A stretch of 64,000 nucleotides of DNA from Eledone cirrhosa (Eukaryota): NCBI GenBank assembly GCA_964016885.1, contig OZ024740.1, positions 284,270,001 through 284,334,000 of the forward strand, given 5' to 3'. The translations under genes were made by a program, and so were the position numbers. The notes below the pieces were generated by a model. It did no database searches. It was not told the DNA's origin and saw only the letters and a list, made by a program, of their open reading frames with translations. Shown here one piece after another: positions 41,549 through 54,478 of the stretch (within the stretch, counting starts at the first letter, position 1; each line of letters opens with the position of its first letter).

Positions 41549-43852
41549 AAATGAAAATGAAATAAAACTCAACTGCTGTACTCATGGTATCTCACCAATT
41601 ATGCATATTTAAAATTCATCAAATGGAAACATTTTTAATCGTGGACGAACAGACAAATAGAAAGATGGGTATCATCATCGTCATTTTAACTCTATTTTTC
41701 CATGCTGGAATGGGTTTGACAAGTTGTCACACATTGCATCATTTTTCATGCACAGAAACAGTCCTCTAGACACTGTATCAGTCCGTATTCAAAGTTATCA
41801 CCCCTATAGATAGACAACAATGTCTGAGTCTACATCTCTTTCATACATTACATATTTATATAAGGAGAGAGAGAGAAAATTATTGTATACAATTAATGCT
41901 TTGTGATGTGTTACATCATCTAATTAATGTTTTAAGTCTGAGCATGTAATGCAATAGCAGAGTTTTGAACAGATATCTTTTACATCACTAGTTCACAAGC
42001 CTAACTCCAAGACAGTCATCATATCTTTCTGTAATTCTCTATAAGAAATAAATGCATTAACAGGCAAGATCTATTATAAGTGCCACTAATTATAATTTGA
42101 CTCCTATTAGCAAGTTTGGGGGGATTCTGTTGTTGCTATCATGGAAAGACTCTACTTTGATAACTAAACCTATTCATTAATGCACTCAAATATAATTGGC
42201 ATTAGCAAGAGATATGATAAAGACCAGACTAATTGGAGATTAACAATTCTGATTTGCATATTTCCTTTTTATAATATGCATCAATATATAGAATAAAGGA
42301 AAAATGAACAATAATGGTGATGGTGGCAATGATGAGTCATATATCAGTAGCTATATAAGAAAGCATATAATCAGTATTGAAGAAAGGATTGAGAGATTAT
42401 GAGAGAATCTTGCCATTCTGACATATTGGTTAAAAGTCAGACAAACGGCAGAAGTTCTGAAGTTTGGTGTCAACATTATATGTCAGGAGAAATAAAAATG
42501 GTAATTATTATGGATATCATATGACTACATCTGTGTGTGTGTGTGCGTGTGTGCATATGTGAGACTACAATTGTGTGTTATGGACATGTGAATTTGTGTG
42601 AGTGTAATATCTAATATCATATGCTTATCTGTGTGTTATAAGTATATATGTATTTGATTATGAATTAAGGGAATAAGCAAGAATGCATGTGAATATTAGT
42701 AGTTACTTGTGTATATACATCAATATTCATGTTGTGTATATATTTATATAGCCATGAATTAATATATTTATGAGTCTGAATGTATCTATGTGCAAGTTAA
42801 TTTGAGAGATAAACTTAATCTGTTGCTCACTTTAAAACCATTACCTGGTTCTTTGTTGCCTTTAGTGGAATTAACTCTGTTGCAAACATTCAGACTAAGT
42901 CTACGGTTTGAGAATTACTTCCTCCCTTCTTCCAAATAATCGCAGAAGCTTATTCTCCTCCTCTGGCTTAACCATTAATCATTTCATTACCATATTTCTA
43001 ATGAAATAAACTGCCTACATGTTTCAATTAATTTTGAAAATAATCAAATATTTGGAGGAATTAAATAAGATAATTAAGTCTTTTATTAGTAAGTTGATAT
43101 TTCAAACAATGCTTAAGAAAAATTGTTAAAATAAAATTATCATGAAAGGTTTAAATATGAGGATAAACATTTTAAAATGAGCAGTTTTGTATCATAAATC
43201 TAGGCTGCTTTCATGCAGTTTAATATAAAAAAATGCATGAGACTGTTTCATTGAAATCTATTCAGAAATAAAAGTAAACATCACACCAATACCTAACCTC
43301 ATGTACCTCTATCCCTAATTCCTGTGTAGAAAACAAATTTTCAAGTAAATAAGGTAGGTGTTATGCCATTGAGTATGGTACATCACTGTACATATCTCAG
43401 TTTGCATTATATATAGAGTATAAAAACCAAGTTATTTGGAAGTATTATCTACAATAGAATAACATCAAATCAGTGTAAGATTTACACCTTATCTACTTAA
43501 TGCCACACAATTTAAGATTATAACTCGTCTTCATGATATAGGAGAAATTTACCATTTACTTTCAACAGTATCAATATATTAATTCATTGATTTCCTGCTA
43601 CAGACTAATTAACTAAGTATATGATAAAAGAAAATTTACGTTCTCTTTGATAGTGCAATAAACTGAGAGGTGTAATATTTCAACAAGCATTGCCCTTATA
43701 GGTGAGGAGAGAAGAGTTCATTAACAGCATCCCGTCAGTTAGTACTGATAAGAGTTAAACTTAAAACACTATGATACTGATTCAAATGCAATAAAATATC
43801 TAGACTGTCTTCTATTTTCTTGGCTGTCTTCAGTGATTTCCTATCAGATAAT

Positions 43853-43940
43853 AATTGTTTCTACATTTGGCACAAGGCCAGCAATTTGAAGAGAAGTGGA
43901 AAGTTGACTAAATCAACCCCAGTGTGTGACTGGTACTTTA
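43853..43940 (-). mobile_element. 5'-truncated Nin-SINE with target-site duplication
   Basis: SINE 3' end flanked by TATCAGATAATAAT on both sides. Confidence 0.7.
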
Positions 43941-44164
43941 TCAGATAATAATAATTGAACTATGCAGAGGTTTGCATGGTACACACAAGTCAGCCAGAGC
44001 ATAGCTTCTCTATTTAAAGCTTTTAACATTGCAGGCCAAATTTCATTCCTCCCTCCCAGAAGCCTTACCACATTTCAGCACTTCAATTGTTCTGGTGACT
44101 TCAGCCTCAGAGAAGTTAAGAGTCTGGTAAAGGGATGTAGGGATATTGTCAAGTCAAAACTAGC

Positions 44165-45330
44165 TGATGACTAGAGTGGTTTTCACTCCAAATATAACAC
44201 AGTTAACTCTGCAGCAGGTCTTTGAGAAATTGTGGGAGCATTGCCAAGAAGTGTTTGCTTGTTTTATGGACTTCAAACAGGCATATGACCACGTTTCGCA
44301 GGATTTGCTGGAGAAAGTTCTGTAGGAGTATGGGATCAATGAATAGCTTCTTGTTGCTTTGAAGTCACTATATGAATGCCCTAGCATTTAGGTTTAAGTA
44401 AATGGTGCTAAGTTGAAACCATTCAATATGGGTATCAGGCACAGTCAAGAGTATGTATTGTCACCTCACCTGTTCATAATCTTCATGAACAAAATTTACA
44501 TGTACAGCCGGTTTGGAAGTGGTATCAAAACCAGCAGGTGTAGTATCAGTCCACTGGCATTTGCAGATAACATGGTGGTATTTAACACACCAGAAAGTGA
44601 TCTCCAACATGCACTGAATAGGTTTACTGTCAAGTACTGAACAATAAGAATGAAAATCAGTGCTGTGAAGACTGAGGCACTTGTCCTCTCAAGAAAGCCT
44701 CTGTAGTGCACTTGTGGAGTGGAGTCATACTTCATCTGAGTGGAGTTATACTGAAGCAGATAGAGAAGTTTCTCAGGGCTATTTTCATGAGTGATGGAAA
44801 GCAGGAGGCTGAATTAAATGCAAGAATCGCTGGAGCTGATGCAGCAATGTGCCAACTTCAGCACTCGGTCATCAGAAGAATGGAGGTAGGTGTAAAAACC
44901 AAACTTGCAACATTCAATTCGGTGTTTATGTTTACTCTTACTTATATTTATGAAACTATGGAAGACTATGATTGCAAATACAAGCAGCCAAAAAGGGGTT
45001 CCTCTCAAGAGTGTCTGAAGTAATGTTACTCATTAGAGTGCTTAACTAAGAGATCAAGAAGTCACTCCAGGTAGAGCTGTTACTTCCTTGTATAGAGATC
45101 ACAGCTCCAGTACTACAGACATGGTTAGAATGCCTAAAGAAAGAATCACTAAACAGGTTTTGGGGCAAAGCGTAGAGGTGGACCACAAGCAAGGCGTTAG
45201 ATAATATCCATGAGATCAGTTGATCTCGCTTGAGGATCCAGCCAGATCAAAAGAGGCGGCTGCTTCTGATAGGCCCCTCTGGAAGGTAATATCTGAGGAC
45301 TCTACTCCCAAGACAAGAAAAATTAGTAGA

Positions 45331-45360
<30 letters not shown>
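44165..45360 (+). mobile_element. degraded RTE LINE (RT to 3' end)
   Basis: FACFMDFKQAYDHV, VLSPHLFIIFM, LAFADNMV, ISAVKTE, RGGP..LDNI. Confidence 0.8.
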
Positions 45361-45361
<1 letters not shown>

Positions 45362-45446
45362 TGCATGTATGTTGGAACACCTCCATTATTTCTCAGACTC
45401 TGGAGAGATGAAAAGCAAAGTCAACAATAGTAAATCTAACCAGGTC

Positions 45447-45631
45447 GTGGATTGGCAGTATCGGTAGAGGGGCGGATGCCATGCTTTCCAGCATAGTTAC
45501 GTCCCTTAACGATCTGAGTTCAAATCCAGCTGAGGTTGACTTTGCCTTTCATCCTTACGGGGTCGATAAAATAAAGTACCAGTGATGCACTGAGTAATTG
45601 CTGGCCTTGTGCCAAAAAGTAGAAACAATTA
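45447..45631 (+). mobile_element. Nin-domain SINE (short form)
   Basis: TGGCAGTATCGG, GTTCAAATCC, Nin core. Confidence 0.8.
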
Positions 45632-46339
45632 TGTAGCAGATACGTTGGAACAACTCATTCCATTACTGGTATTTATTTTTTATGACTCAGAGGGAATGAA
45701 AAACAAAGCTAGCTCTTGCATGTTGAACTTATCACCATGAGCTATCAGACCATATCAAATAAAAACATCCAGTTCAAAATTCTACTCTCCCTTGCCACTT
45801 ATTTTTCTAGTCATATCTACAACCCTTTCAAAACAAAATATGAAAACATCTGATGATATAAAGAAAAAAATAATTATAAACAAAATTTTAGATAAATGGA
45901 AATCTATGGGTATTGACATAAAGACATAATCTGCACTGAAGTACTTACATTAATTTGATACTCAATGTATCAAATCATCATCAATTAACGTCTGTCTTCT
46001 TTCTAGCAAGGGTTGGACAGACCCTCACAGACTGAGTCAAAACACATGCAAAGCCACTAACCTCTCAGATGGGCCAGAGGCGTTATCTCCCTTACATGTG
46101 TTCTTTCACTTTACCGAGTGTATTTTATCAACATTTTGGCACTCAAAACTCCTATTTGAGTGACCAGCAGGAATTCTAGGTCTTCTTGTATAAAAGTCGG
46201 AGTAGCTTGCTGGCTCACTCATATCCAGTCTTGCTATACCTTGATGGTCAAATAGCAAGACTGTTATTTGTCTGGTCATTTGACCAGAGGAGCAAATTGA
46301 CACCTCTTCTCACTTGCTGTAACTCTCTCACATCTTTAA

Positions 46340-46994
46340 CCCTTTAGCATTTAAACTGGCCGTATCCAGCTAGAATTCTCTCCCCTCTTTATGTTCAAAC
46401 TGGCCATAACCAGCTGTTCATACGTATGTTAAGGTATTATTCTGAAAATAAATGATATCAAAATCTCATAGATTCGATATTAAGTGAGATAATTTTTTGA
46501 AATAAAGTGTTTACCACAAAAATACAATAGTAAATATAGAGTAATCATCATCATCATCATCATCATCGTTTAACGTCCGTGTTCCATGCTTGCATGGGTT
46601 TGGACGGAGGGTTTTCCCACTTGAGGCAAGAGTGGTTATCTTGCTCGCATAGGACTATCTGGCGGGTTTTCTACAGCTGGATGCCCTTCCTAACACCAAC
46701 CACATTTACAGTGTGGGGCTGGGAGGTTTTTACCGTGTTGCCTACACGGCCACATTACAGCGTGAACTGTGTGTTTTTTTGACGTGACACCTACACGATC
46801 TCATTTGTTTTGGCCTGGATGTTGTGGCACCAACATAACTTTACATTGAAAGGGGCGGTGTGGATGGGGTGGGGGGGGGTGTATTTTGTTAGAGATGCCT
46901 ACTGACTGTAGTAGGTTTTACTTTGTATTTAGGTAAGGCGGGTCTTCTCTATTACTGAGTACCGCCAAAGGTCTCCAATGTAAATGCTAAAAGG
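46340..46994. mobile_element. piggyBac-type MITE (reverse orientation) split by an RTE 3' fragment
   Basis: TTAA|CCCTTTAGCATTTA ... TAAATGCTAAAAGG|TTAA; body interrupted at 46546-46976. Confidence 0.85.
46546..46976 (-). mobile_element. RTE LINE 3' UTR fragment
   Basis: Begins in DLWRYSVIEKTRLT*, (GAT)n tail; near-identical to 62076-62374 apart from an internal indel. Confidence 0.8.
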
Positions 46995-47991
46995 TTAAAT
47001 AAGCTCTAACACTCTCATGCACATCCTTTCTTTCTCCAAGTTACACGAACAAGCAACAACATATATCTATACTTCTGTAATCACCCAAAAATGTTGTTAA
47101 TATGAATTTATTTCCTATATGTCCTTCACATCCGTAAAGCTTTCATTTTTCTAGCAAAACTTTCCAATGTTTTCTTTGTATCGATTTATTTACATTGGCA
47201 GAAATAATTTTCTGTGCATTAACATACACCTGGATTTGATGTTTGCTTTTATCTCACAAGCTCTCATGTGTCTCAACATATCTTCAAACTAACAAACATC
47301 TGCTAAAATGTATCTTTAGTTAAAATCAACAATTTTTCCTTGAAAGTACTCATGAATTTGTATTTTGAACAATGAATAAATTCAAGTTTATTCCCACAAA
47401 CCTCAAACTTAAACAGTTGTAAACAGCTAACACTTAACATTACCCTAAAATGGGAAGAGTAGAGTAGAACTGGGTTGCTACATCTCATTAGTTAGTAATA
47501 AGATTTGAAATTATAACTAATTGGTATGGGACTAAAAGAAACAATAAAGTAAATGATGCTTTGATGATTGCTCATGGAGTTATGAGAACAATTAATCTGT
47601 CTAGAGTGTAAAAAAATATATATAAGATTAGATTAACAAAAATAGCAATAATTTATTTATCATTTAAAACTAACTAGACACTTCTAACTGCAAATACTTG
47701 TAGAAGGCCTTAAGAAGAAAAAATGTGATGGCTTCGAAAGATGTGAATAAAGGAATTGAGAAAATCATTGATTAAAGAAGTAACATCAAAACCAAGAATA
47801 GCAGAATATTTATATAGTGCCAATGAAGTTTCCACCAGAGACAAAGAAGCACAATGGAAACTGAAATTCAATCAAGTAGCAGTGAGTGTGTGTGTATACA
47901 TATATCATCATCAACATCACCAACGTTGTTTAACGTCCATCTTCCACGCTAGCATGGATTATATATATACACACACACATATATATATATA

Positions 47992-49517
47992 TTTCGTTTC
48001 TGAATTTGTTTAGCAGAAGATTCTTTATCTAAAAACGTGTGTTGAAACCAATATTGTTATACTTTGGGAGGGTCATGTTGCCAATAAGAAACACACGCAC
48101 CAGTTGCTTTCACTTCAATTTATTATAAATTAAATTTATAAATTTAGGAATTTATAAATTTCCGGTTGGTTGGTTGGTTCCACAACCAGACGATTGTTCA
48201 TATATTGTCAAAGTTCTTTCGTCACACATTCTGTGACCTCTTCAGTGACTGGGGATTCTTTTCTTTGTTTTTGTGCTTCTCCTTTGTTCTGTCCTACACC
48301 ATCTTGTTTTTGTGTGTGTTGTATGCTTAGTTTGCGCATGTGTTACATCCGGGTGTCTGTGTGTGTCTATATTTGTTTATTTATTTGTTTATTTACATGT
48401 TACTGGTTGGTTGTTTGTTCTATGTGTGTGTGTGTTTTCATTTTGTCCTTAATTGTAAGTTGTGATGTTGCTATTCCATTCATGCTTTCTATTTAATTTT
48501 GGTTGGAGTTCATTTATGTTTATTGCCTCTGTGATTTGTCTAAACATTGCATCTTTTCTGTGTGTAGATTCTATTTTTATTTCTATGTTCTCTAATTTAC
48601 CCCTATGTTCTATTTTAGCATGTTGGTAGAGTACAGATGATTCTTTACTATCTTGAAGCTCTCGCCAGTGTTCATTTATCTGTTCTCCTATACTACGAGC
48701 TGTCTCACCTATGTACACTATATTCTTATCTCTACATTGTCCTTCAGTACATCTTATGCTATATACTACATTTCTAGTTTTACAGTTAATATGGGGGCTT
48801 AATTTACAGATTATACATTTCTTATCTATACAGGGAGGTCTTTGAAAAGGGTATGTATTGCTAATAAGTGTTTTTATGGCGGTACCTGGTCTTTCTACTA
48901 TCTTAATATTGAGTTTATATTTATCTAGGGTCCTTCTGAATTTGTAAGCTAATTCACCTCTAGGGGTTGTATTGATGAACATTACACTCTGGTATTTATT
49001 GCTATCATACCATGAGTTTATTCTATTAACCTTATTCCTAGTTCTTTCTATTCTATTCCAAAATGTGCTCCTATACAAGGGGCAGGTCCCATTTGTATCA
49101 TTATTTACCATTTTTTTCCATTTGGTTCTGGCTCCTCTATATACTCTGATTTTATCTCTCTGATTGTAACCAGAGAACTGCATACGGTGGATGAAGTGTT
49201 GTATGTGTCTCTCTAGTTCTTTGGGGTTGCACATGCGGGGCACGTTTCTCATCACTCGTACCAAATCCGTAATCAGTATGTTGATTTTAGTGTGGTCCAA
49301 ACAGCTGAGTTTCGGTGGATCAGATATTTGGAAGTCATGGGTTTGGCATAATGGGAATGGAGGATCTGTTTTTTGTTATTGATAGTATCTAACCAGAGCT
49401 CTGTGTCTAGTACAGGTAATCGATGGTTGGGGTGTTTGCTTGGGTAGTCTATAGTAACTCTAATACTCTGGAGGATGGAGTTAGCTATTTGCTGGATGCT
49501 TTCCATGGTGTTTTTCT
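47992..49517 (-). mobile_element. 5'-truncated Penelope-like element related to 25403-26998
   Basis: [42 protein letters not shown]; one frameshift near 49295; shared pLTR motif ATTGTTATA..TGGGAGGGTCAT. Confidence 0.88.
48207..48249 (-). ncRNA. minimal hammerhead ribozyme motif
   Basis: gtca CTGAAGA g gtcaca-gaatg-tgtgac GAAA gaac TT tgac. Confidence 0.65.
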
Positions 49518-49530
49518 CTAATTCCTGACT

Positions 49531-49630
<100 letters not shown>

Positions 49631-49785
49631 CAAAATATTCCAATCTGTAAGTGAAGTACTGGTTACATTGTCGAAATAGGTCTGGTGATCTAGTTAAGAA
49701 ATTCTCTTCACAATCCCATGGTGCTGGGTTTAATTCAAAAGTGCAGCATGTTTTACAAATATTTTTTACCATAGGCTCAACTTAA

Positions 49786-49992
49786 CCCTTTAGTATTTAC
49801 ATTACTCTATATATACTATTGTATTTTTGTGGTAAGGCTTTATCTTACAAAATAATCTCACATAATATCGAATCTATGAGATTTTGATATTATTTATTTT
49901 GAGAAAAATACTTTATCAGTATGAGAGGTCAGTTACTGCTGGTTTGAACAGAAAGAAGTGAGAGAATTCTGATCGGTTTAAATGATAAAGGG
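49786..49992. mobile_element. piggyBac-type MITE
   Basis: TTAA|CCCTTTA ... TAAAGGG|TTAA. Confidence 0.85.
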
Positions 49993-51029
49993 TTAAGCCA
50001 TTCCTGTTGATGAAATTGGGTAACTGGAAACTGTGCAGGAGCCTATCTGACTGCACTTGTCTTTGTATGGTAGGGCTAACCTTTTGCCTAATTGAACAAT
50101 ACCACCTGGTACTAAGATACCTTTAGCAGAGTCCTCTCTTTTGCATGCATTCAGTATAAGGTCTCTGGTTAGAAGAATAACTAGATAACCCATAAATCAA
50201 GGTTCCAGCTATCCTTTCCCCCTCTACCACCCCTACCACTAGTCTTGGAAGCCCTGCAAAAGTCATAGAGGCTGCTCTTTCTCCTTTAACTAAACTATAA
50301 AATTAAAATAACTTTAAATATCCCCAAAATTAACAACTAATTATTTTTCTTTATTATTTATTCAGGGAAGGAGGGACAGTGTTCATGACCTTTCTCAGTC
50401 TTCACAACAGTAGGACTGTGGTATTGCAGTTTAAAAGTCTTGAAAGTTTACTTTGTGAATGACGGTTATGATTTTGAAGCCATTCTAGAGATATGCAATA
50501 CAGTGAAATCTGTAATCTGAAGAAAATTGGCTGGTCTGGTTTGCAACAATGAATTCCCAAGACAGTTTGTTGAGGAATTTAGTAAGTTGATTCACTGTAA
50601 AGATTGAAAAAAAAAGATATAGGAATAGAGAGGGGAAATGGTCCCAGCCCTCTATCCTCATATCTATCCCTCCATATCACACCTTTATTTAATTTCCCCA
50701 TTCATAATTTTGCAACTAAGGTGACAACACTTTTGTACTCTTTCTCTCTATCTTGTTCAGATAATTGAGGTCCCTCACTGTCACACACACACTCTCTCTC
50801 TTTCTCTACTCAGGGCCATCTCCACCCCATTTAAATCCTAAAGTGCCAGTCATATTTCTTTAGGAGGTGTTCACATCATCTGTGCATCCCCCTCCCTCTC
50901 ATTCCTTTGAAAATTCCCATCATACCTATCATACACACATTTGTCATTCCCTACCCATTGCCCGTTATCCATGGCATAACTCCTATGCCTTTTCAAAATG
51001 CCAAGAGGGTTCTTCAATTGAGTCAATGA

Positions 51030-51658
51030 CTGGCAACCTCCCTAGTGCTTTGCTCTTGATAAATCGTAGCTAGTACACTCTGTAAAGTGATTGGTGCTGG
51101 GAAGGCCTTCCTACCATAAAAACCATACCAAAAAGGTTTGAGGGGACCCTCCATTCTTCACACAATAACCTCTCTATTGCTGCTGTCATGTATATGTTGT
51201 AAAGTGATTGGTCATAGAAAGTTCATCCAGCTGTAGAAACCTTGCCAAAAAAGGGTTGAGAAGGATCTTCAGTTGTGTCAAGAACATAACAACCTCTCTA
51301 GTGTTGGTGCTATATATGATAAATGCACCCAATCTCCTCTGTATACTGGTTGGTGATAAGAAGGACATCCAACTATAGAAAACCTGCCAAACAGGATGAC
51401 TCTTCAGCTATCTAAGTGATGACAAACTACCTAGTGCTGGTGCCAAGATAAAATGCACCCAGTACTCTCTGTAGAGTGCAGGAACATATGTAAGCAATAA
51501 GTGGGACCCCTGGCCTGACTGAGAGGTCTGTAGTCCTGATTAAGTACTGACGTGATCAGGGATGACCCATCTAGCCTTTGCTAGCAAGAAAAGCAGATGT
51601 TAAATGATGATGATGATGGTGATGATGGTGATGATGATGATGATGATGATGATGATGA
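51030..51658 (+). mobile_element. RTE-derived element with four diverged ~130-bp units and a (GAT)n tail
   Basis: AACCTC.CTAGTG.TG..ACCC..ACTCTGTA..GTG.TTGG..AGGAAGG.CATCC module at about 51035, 51167, 51291 and 51425. Confidence 0.65.
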
Positions 51659-52290
51659 CATTACTTATTCCTATAAATATTTGTGTTGGAAAGGAAACAT
51701 GTTTATAAGTTGAAAGTTCAGGGAGGACTTTATGGAGACGTTATGTGTAATTGGAAAATATTATTGACAATTCGATTATTGTACTTAATGATTATTTCCA
51801 CAGAATTATACAAAAACTACTTTGATGATTATCCATAAGAGAGCAAACTTATAATTTACTAATAGATTTCATGACAGATATCAAAAACAGTCTAGCTGTC
51901 TAAAATATGAATCAATATTTATGATGGTCCAGTATTTCTGTGACATTTAAATATTTCTGAAGCAATAAATACTGAACACTTTAGTAAGAATGGCGCAGTG
52001 GATTAAAAAGTCAAAATTATAAATTTTATCATAGATTCTACCCTTATGTGAAATAACATTACTTGCTTCAGACAGTTTGAAAATATGTATTAACTTCAGC
52101 TTGGCAAACAAGTGATTGGTATTGATGTGTGCATATATTGTAAAATATGTGCCAATAATTTGAAGAAATATATCTGTGGCAGAAAACACAATTGTTTACT
52201 TTGTAAACCTCATTAGTCATCTCTCTCTATCTATTGGGTTGGCCAAAACATCCATTCGGTTTTCTTAGTGAAAATGAGACACAGTTTTAA

Positions 52291-52510
52291 CCCTTTAGCA
52301 TTTACATTACTCTATATATACTATTATATTTTCATGGTAAAGGCTTTATCTTACATAATTATCTCACATATTATCGAATCTACAAGATTGTTATATTATT
52401 TATGTTGTGAACAATACCTTAACGTCAGTATGAGCTGCCAGTTATGGCCAGTTTGAACAGAAGAGGTGAGAAAATTCTGGCTGGATACAGCTGGTTTAAG
52501 TGTTAAAGGG
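52291..52510. mobile_element. piggyBac-type MITE nested in mariner
   Basis: TTAA duplication at 52287-90 and 52511-14; lies between the transposase stop and the TIR. Confidence 0.88.
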
Positions 52511-52530
52511 TTAAACCCAAAGCAATTTAT

Positions 52531-53504
52531 TCAATCAATGATATATTTGCCATTTCGTTTCAGTATCTTCCGCCATCTTCTACATAGATCCATTATTCTC
52601 TGTTCAAAGAATTTCCTGTCTTTACTGGTAAAGAACTCTTCCAAATGAATTTTTTCATCTTCTGAAGAATTGAAGGTCTGTCCATTCAAAGAATTTTGGA
52701 GTGACTGAAACAGGTGAAAATCTGAAGGAGCAAGGTCGGGGGAATATGGAGGGTGAGGCAAAACTTTCCAGCCAAGCCCTAGTAACTTCTGCCATGTGTT
52801 CAAGGAAGTGTGTGGTCTGGTATTGTCTTGATGAAAGACAATACCATTTTCATTAGCAAGTTCTGGATGCTTCTGGTAGATTGCTACATTTAATTTATTC
52901 AGCTGTTCACAGTATATATCCAAATTGATGATTCTGTTTGTGGGAAGAAGTTTGTAAAACGCAACAGCCTTCCAATCCCACCTAATTGAAAGCATAATCT
53001 TCTTTGGGTGAAGTCCTGCTTTGGAGGTTGTTTGTTCTTTCTTCGTAATTCCCCCACGATCCATTTTCATCTCCAGTTACCATTTTCTTCACATTTAAGC
53101 AAGGAATAACATGGAAATCTGTTGGGTGAGGTTGGTTTTATTCAATTCATGGGGAACCCAAACATCGAGCCTACTGATGTAACCAAGTTTATGAATATAG
53201 TTTTCAACACTTGATCTGGATATCTGGAGAATATCTGTGATCTCCTTTGTTGTAAGATAAGAGCTGGTGTCAAATAATTCCTTCACTTGATACTATTAAG
53301 CACAATTAGCCATCCAAAGAAAGGTGCATCTTGAATCAATAAATTTTCCAATCGAATTCTTGAAAACCACTTCTGGCATACACATTCTGTAACAGCACCC
53401 TCTCTATACACAGCGGATATGTTCCTGCAAGCTTCTGACGCTTTCTTACCTTTTTTTAAATAAAAAGGCCTGATGTGACAATAATGCTCATTTTGGTTCT
53501 CCAT
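52531..53504 (-). pseudogene. mariner DD34D transposase, frameshifted
   Basis: MENQNEH..FYLKKGK, WVPHEL, TGD, HQDNTRPH, HPPYSPDLAPSDFHLF. Confidence 0.92.
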
Positions 53505-54057
53505 TTTGAGGGTTAAGATAAACACACATAATACAACCAATCTCGTCAGAGTTTTGCTATAAAATACATTGAACGAGTGCATACCCAGAAAGAAAAAAGT
53601 AAAGTTATCAATTATGAGGGCACCTGGAGTTTAGTATTGGCAATAACTGAACAGACTTTTTGGTCATCCCAGTACTTGCATTATCTGAGAATCATAATTA
53701 CCCAAAACTCAGGCCAGAAATTAGAGTTTTAGGCAAGACTCTTAAAAACACAACCTGATGTTTCAACAAGATGAGGGGAGAGAGAGAGAGAGAGAGAGAG
53801 AGCATCAGTTGATTTCTTCTGCTCATGTGATGTCACTACACCCTGTCACTTTCAGTGTGTGACTCATTACCTCACAATATCAGTTTGTTAAACCTTGAAA
53901 TCCATGCTTAGCATAGAAGAATGGTTGAAACCCTGCAACAGGTATCAGGCTTTTACAAATGTGAAAGTTTGTTTCAAATTTCAATTCAAGCAAGAGAATA
54001 TTTCAATTTTTATTTTCATTTTTACACTTGTGTGTATAGCTCATCTTTCTGCTGCCC

Positions 54058-54478
54058 ACTGGCAGTATCGGTAGAGGGTCGGACGCCATGCTTTGATGCA
54101 TAGAGTTACGGCCCTTGCCATTCTGAGTTCGAATCCCGCCGAGGTTAACTTTGCCTTTCATCCTTACGGGGTCGATAAAATAAAGTACCAGTAATACACT
54201 GGGTATTTGCTGGCCTTGTGCCAAAAAGTAGAAACAATTATTTTAACCTTCTTCAGGACAGTAGATTGGCAGTATCTGTAGAGCATCAGACACCATGCTG
54301 TGTAGCATAGAGTTATGGCCCTTTACGTTCTGAGTTCAAATCCCACCGAGATTAAATTTGCCTTTCATCCTTATGGGATTGATAAAATAAAACACCAGTA
54401 ATGCACTGGAGTCAATTTAATTGACTTTCCCCTCCCTCCAAATTGCTGGCCTTGTACCTAAAGTAGAAATCATTATTT
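54058..54478 (+). mobile_element. two tandem Nin-SINEs (short plus long form)
   Basis: Two heads and cores, each followed by TTTTAACCTTCTT. Confidence 0.8.

Larger units (their letters stand above)
52234..53672 (-). mobile_element. mariner element (mellifera-like), full length but decayed
   Basis: TA|TTGGGTTGGCCAAAA ... TTTTGGTCATCCCAG|TA. Confidence 0.88.
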
